This document shows positions 24,421 through 25,854 of a stretch of 25,854 bases of DNA, piece after piece. A model generated the notes under the pieces. The model ran no database searches. It saw only the letters and a list, made by a program, of their open reading frames with translations, and was not told the DNA's origin. The stretch covers positions 1 through 25,854 of IMG/VR virus record IMGVR_UViG_3300020352_000032; one strand, given 5' to 3'. The first letter of the stretch is position 1. Each line of letters begins with the position of its first letter. This stretch comes from a virus (lineage: Duplodnaviria; Caudoviricetes). The position numbers and the translations under genes are program-made.

Positions 24421-24588
24421 GTGTTTTGGGTTTTGGGAATAACCAAGCCGAAAGGGTGGTTCGTGCTTGTGGTGGCCAGCCTATCACCAGTTGGGAATTT
24501 TTGGGAAAATTCCACGGTTTTGGTTTTTGGGGGTTGCGTTTCCTTCTACTGTGTGAGAGGATTAACGGGAACCCAACCAAGGTCACTC
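24421..24588. promoter_or_regulatory. Divergent control region with TTGGGAA repeats and two -10-like boxes
   Basis: TTGGGAA at 24433, 24491 and 24501; TGA-TAGGCT on - (24478-24486); TACTGT on + (24547-24552). Confidence 0.5.
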
Positions 24589-25239
24589 ATGCCTAGTTCA
24601 ATTGACAACGTTAAAGCCGACCCCACCTGCTGGGATTGTCCGGAGCTTGACACTGATCTTCACATTCTTAACAGCCTGGGGGAACCCGTAGCCTTGCCTG
24701 ATCACATCGACGCTAGCGATTGGGTCAGTGAGCAAGAACCCGCTTTGCTGCGCTGGTTCGCACGTGAAACCCATCAGCAGTATCGTTCCGAGCTACGAGA
24801 CAATACGTACAACTCGGATAATGATTTCACTGCAAATTTTGTTTTTACAATCTACGCTCCGGAAGATTGTTCCGATTGGTGCTGGCAGGACGATGTCTTT
24901 GTCACAGTGGAGAAACATCTAGGCGGGGATGCCCGTGGCAACTATGGCCATTTCAGCGTGTTTCGTGTTGACTCTATCGCTGAGTCTGGATTCTTAGATT
25001 GGGTTTGCGGCTGGTATGCGTCACCGTTGCCAGTCGATGCCGATGCTGAGTATCCCGACCTGGTGAGCTGGAATGAACGATTCTCTCAGGGTTACACCCA
25101 CTGGCCTACTGGTGAAGTTCGCGATGCGCTAGCGAGCAAGGAACCAGCCTGGTGCGATACCCACAAAGCTTGGGTGGCACGGTTGCAGGATGTCCCGTTC
25201 CCTGTAGTGCTGACACCAACTGCCCCCTATTACTGCTGA
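24589..25239 (+). CDS. Hypothetical acidic protein
   Basis: ATG 24589 preferred over the track start; Trp/Asp-rich with 'NTYN.DND' and 'HLGGDARGNY' motifs. Confidence 0.7.
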   Translation: MPSSIDNVKADPTCWDCPELDTDLHILNSLGEPVALPDHIDASDWVSEQEPALLRWFARETHQQYRSELRDNTYNSDNDFTANFVFTIYAPEDCSDWCWQDDVFVTVEKHLGGDARGNYGHFSVFRVDSIAESGFLDWVCGWYASPLPVDADAEYPDLVSWNERFSQGYTHWPTGEVRDALASKEPAWCDTHKAWVARLQDVPFPVVLTPTAPYYC

Positions 25240-25272
25240 ATTTTTTACATCCAAACCTAACATTTTTAAGTT

Positions 25273-25485
25273 ATGACTTATCACCAGTTTATGAACGACA
25301 CGGGCGAAGCCTACGGATCATTTGAAACATTTTGGACAGTAGAACAACATAACATTATCGGAGAGGAAATAGCTCCTTCCGGTTGGTACTGGCAAGCGTG
25401 CTTTCCCGGTTGCCTACCAGATGGCGATCCTAGCGGTCCGTTTGAGAGTGAGCAGGATGCAATCGATGACGCTAATGAGTATTGA
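25273..25485 (+). CDS. Hypothetical protein
   Basis: 70 aa; 'GWYWQACFPGCLPDGDPSGPFESEQDAIDDA'. Confidence 0.7.
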   Translation: MTYHQFMNDTGEAYGSFETFWTVEQHNIIGEEIAPSGWYWQACFPGCLPDGDPSGPFESEQDAIDDANEY

Positions 25486-25488
25486 ACG

Positions 25489-25854
25489 ATGGAACCGTTA
25501 ACTTTATTTCCTTATCCTGCCCAATCGTTAGAATTTTTGCAGCTGCACTATGTCAACAATTGTGGGTATCCCGAAGGTGCGACTACTAGCCTTTACCTGC
25601 ATCCCTGGGCTGAGCATGATCACATCGGCTTAGCTGGCGAAGCTGAAATCTTGCGTGATCCCTCAGATGACGGCTTCCGCGTTGTTCTTAAGGTCTACAG
25701 CTGGGCAGTTGCTCCCTTTGGTGATGGAAGCATTAACTGCTTCGATCGCTGTAAGTGCACAGCGCAATGGTGGGAATCTGGCGAGACGCTTAGTTCCTTC
25801 TATGACGCTGAAGCGCTGGCTTTATTTAGTTGGAAGCGCTGGCGAGAGACCGGA
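25489..25854 (+). CDS. Hypothetical protein, 3'-truncated (not in ORF track)
   Basis: ATG 3 nt after the previous stop; open to the window end (MEPLTLFPYPAQSLEFLQLHY...WKRWRETG). Confidence 0.65.
   Translation, partial: MEPLTLFPYPAQSLEFLQLHYVNNCGYPEGATTSLYLHPWAEHDHIGLAGEAEILRDPSDDGFRVVLKVYSWAVAPFGDGSINCFDRCKCTAQWWESGETLSSFYDAEALALFSWKRWRETG

Noticed and set aside
24421-24588. 56-aa hydrophobic N-terminus of track ORF 24421..25239
   Set aside because: A translation of the G/T-rich control region; a promoter-like box and ATG 24589 lie downstream.
1-25854. tRNA genes, integrase/att sites, HIP1 (GCGATCGC) enrichment, DNA-modification genes such as purZ
   Set aside because: None recognised by eye; lifestyle cannot be determined from this window.

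Overview
A 25.9-kb segment of a tailed dsDNA phage, most likely a siphovirus-type cyanophage. The cyanophage call rests on a cyanobacterial-type sigma-70 factor, an NblA-like gene and small cyanophage-type ORFs. Layout: (1) 1-9984 (+): tail tip, two tail-tube-fold proteins and a chain of repeat-rich tail fibres ending in a putative adhesin. (2) 9988-11790 (+): lysis cassette with small membrane proteins and a GH24 lysozyme, followed by an HNH nuclease. (3) 11733-21730 (mostly -): thyX, sigma factor, family A DNA polymerase, two NrdR-like Zn ribbons, DUF3310, RHH proteins and a PrimPol-helicase, with one nblA-like gene on the + strand. (4) 21881-23607 (+): SSB-like protein and PD-(D/E)XK exonuclease. 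(5) 23.6 kb to the end: small genes around a divergent control region. Most notable observations: an in-phase A_AAA_AAG -1 frameshift site that would fuse a holin-like ORF to an ATG-less downstream ORF; roughly tenfold enrichment of the heptamer TGGAACG, all on one strand right of ~19.6 kb; an inverted-repeat cluster (candidate origin) inside the primase gene whose motif recurs in the primase/SSB promoter; a 42-bp direct repeat 4.7 kb apart; and repeated C-terminal/N-terminal motif pairs linking the fibre subunits. All family calls come from motif recognition by eye, with no database searches.
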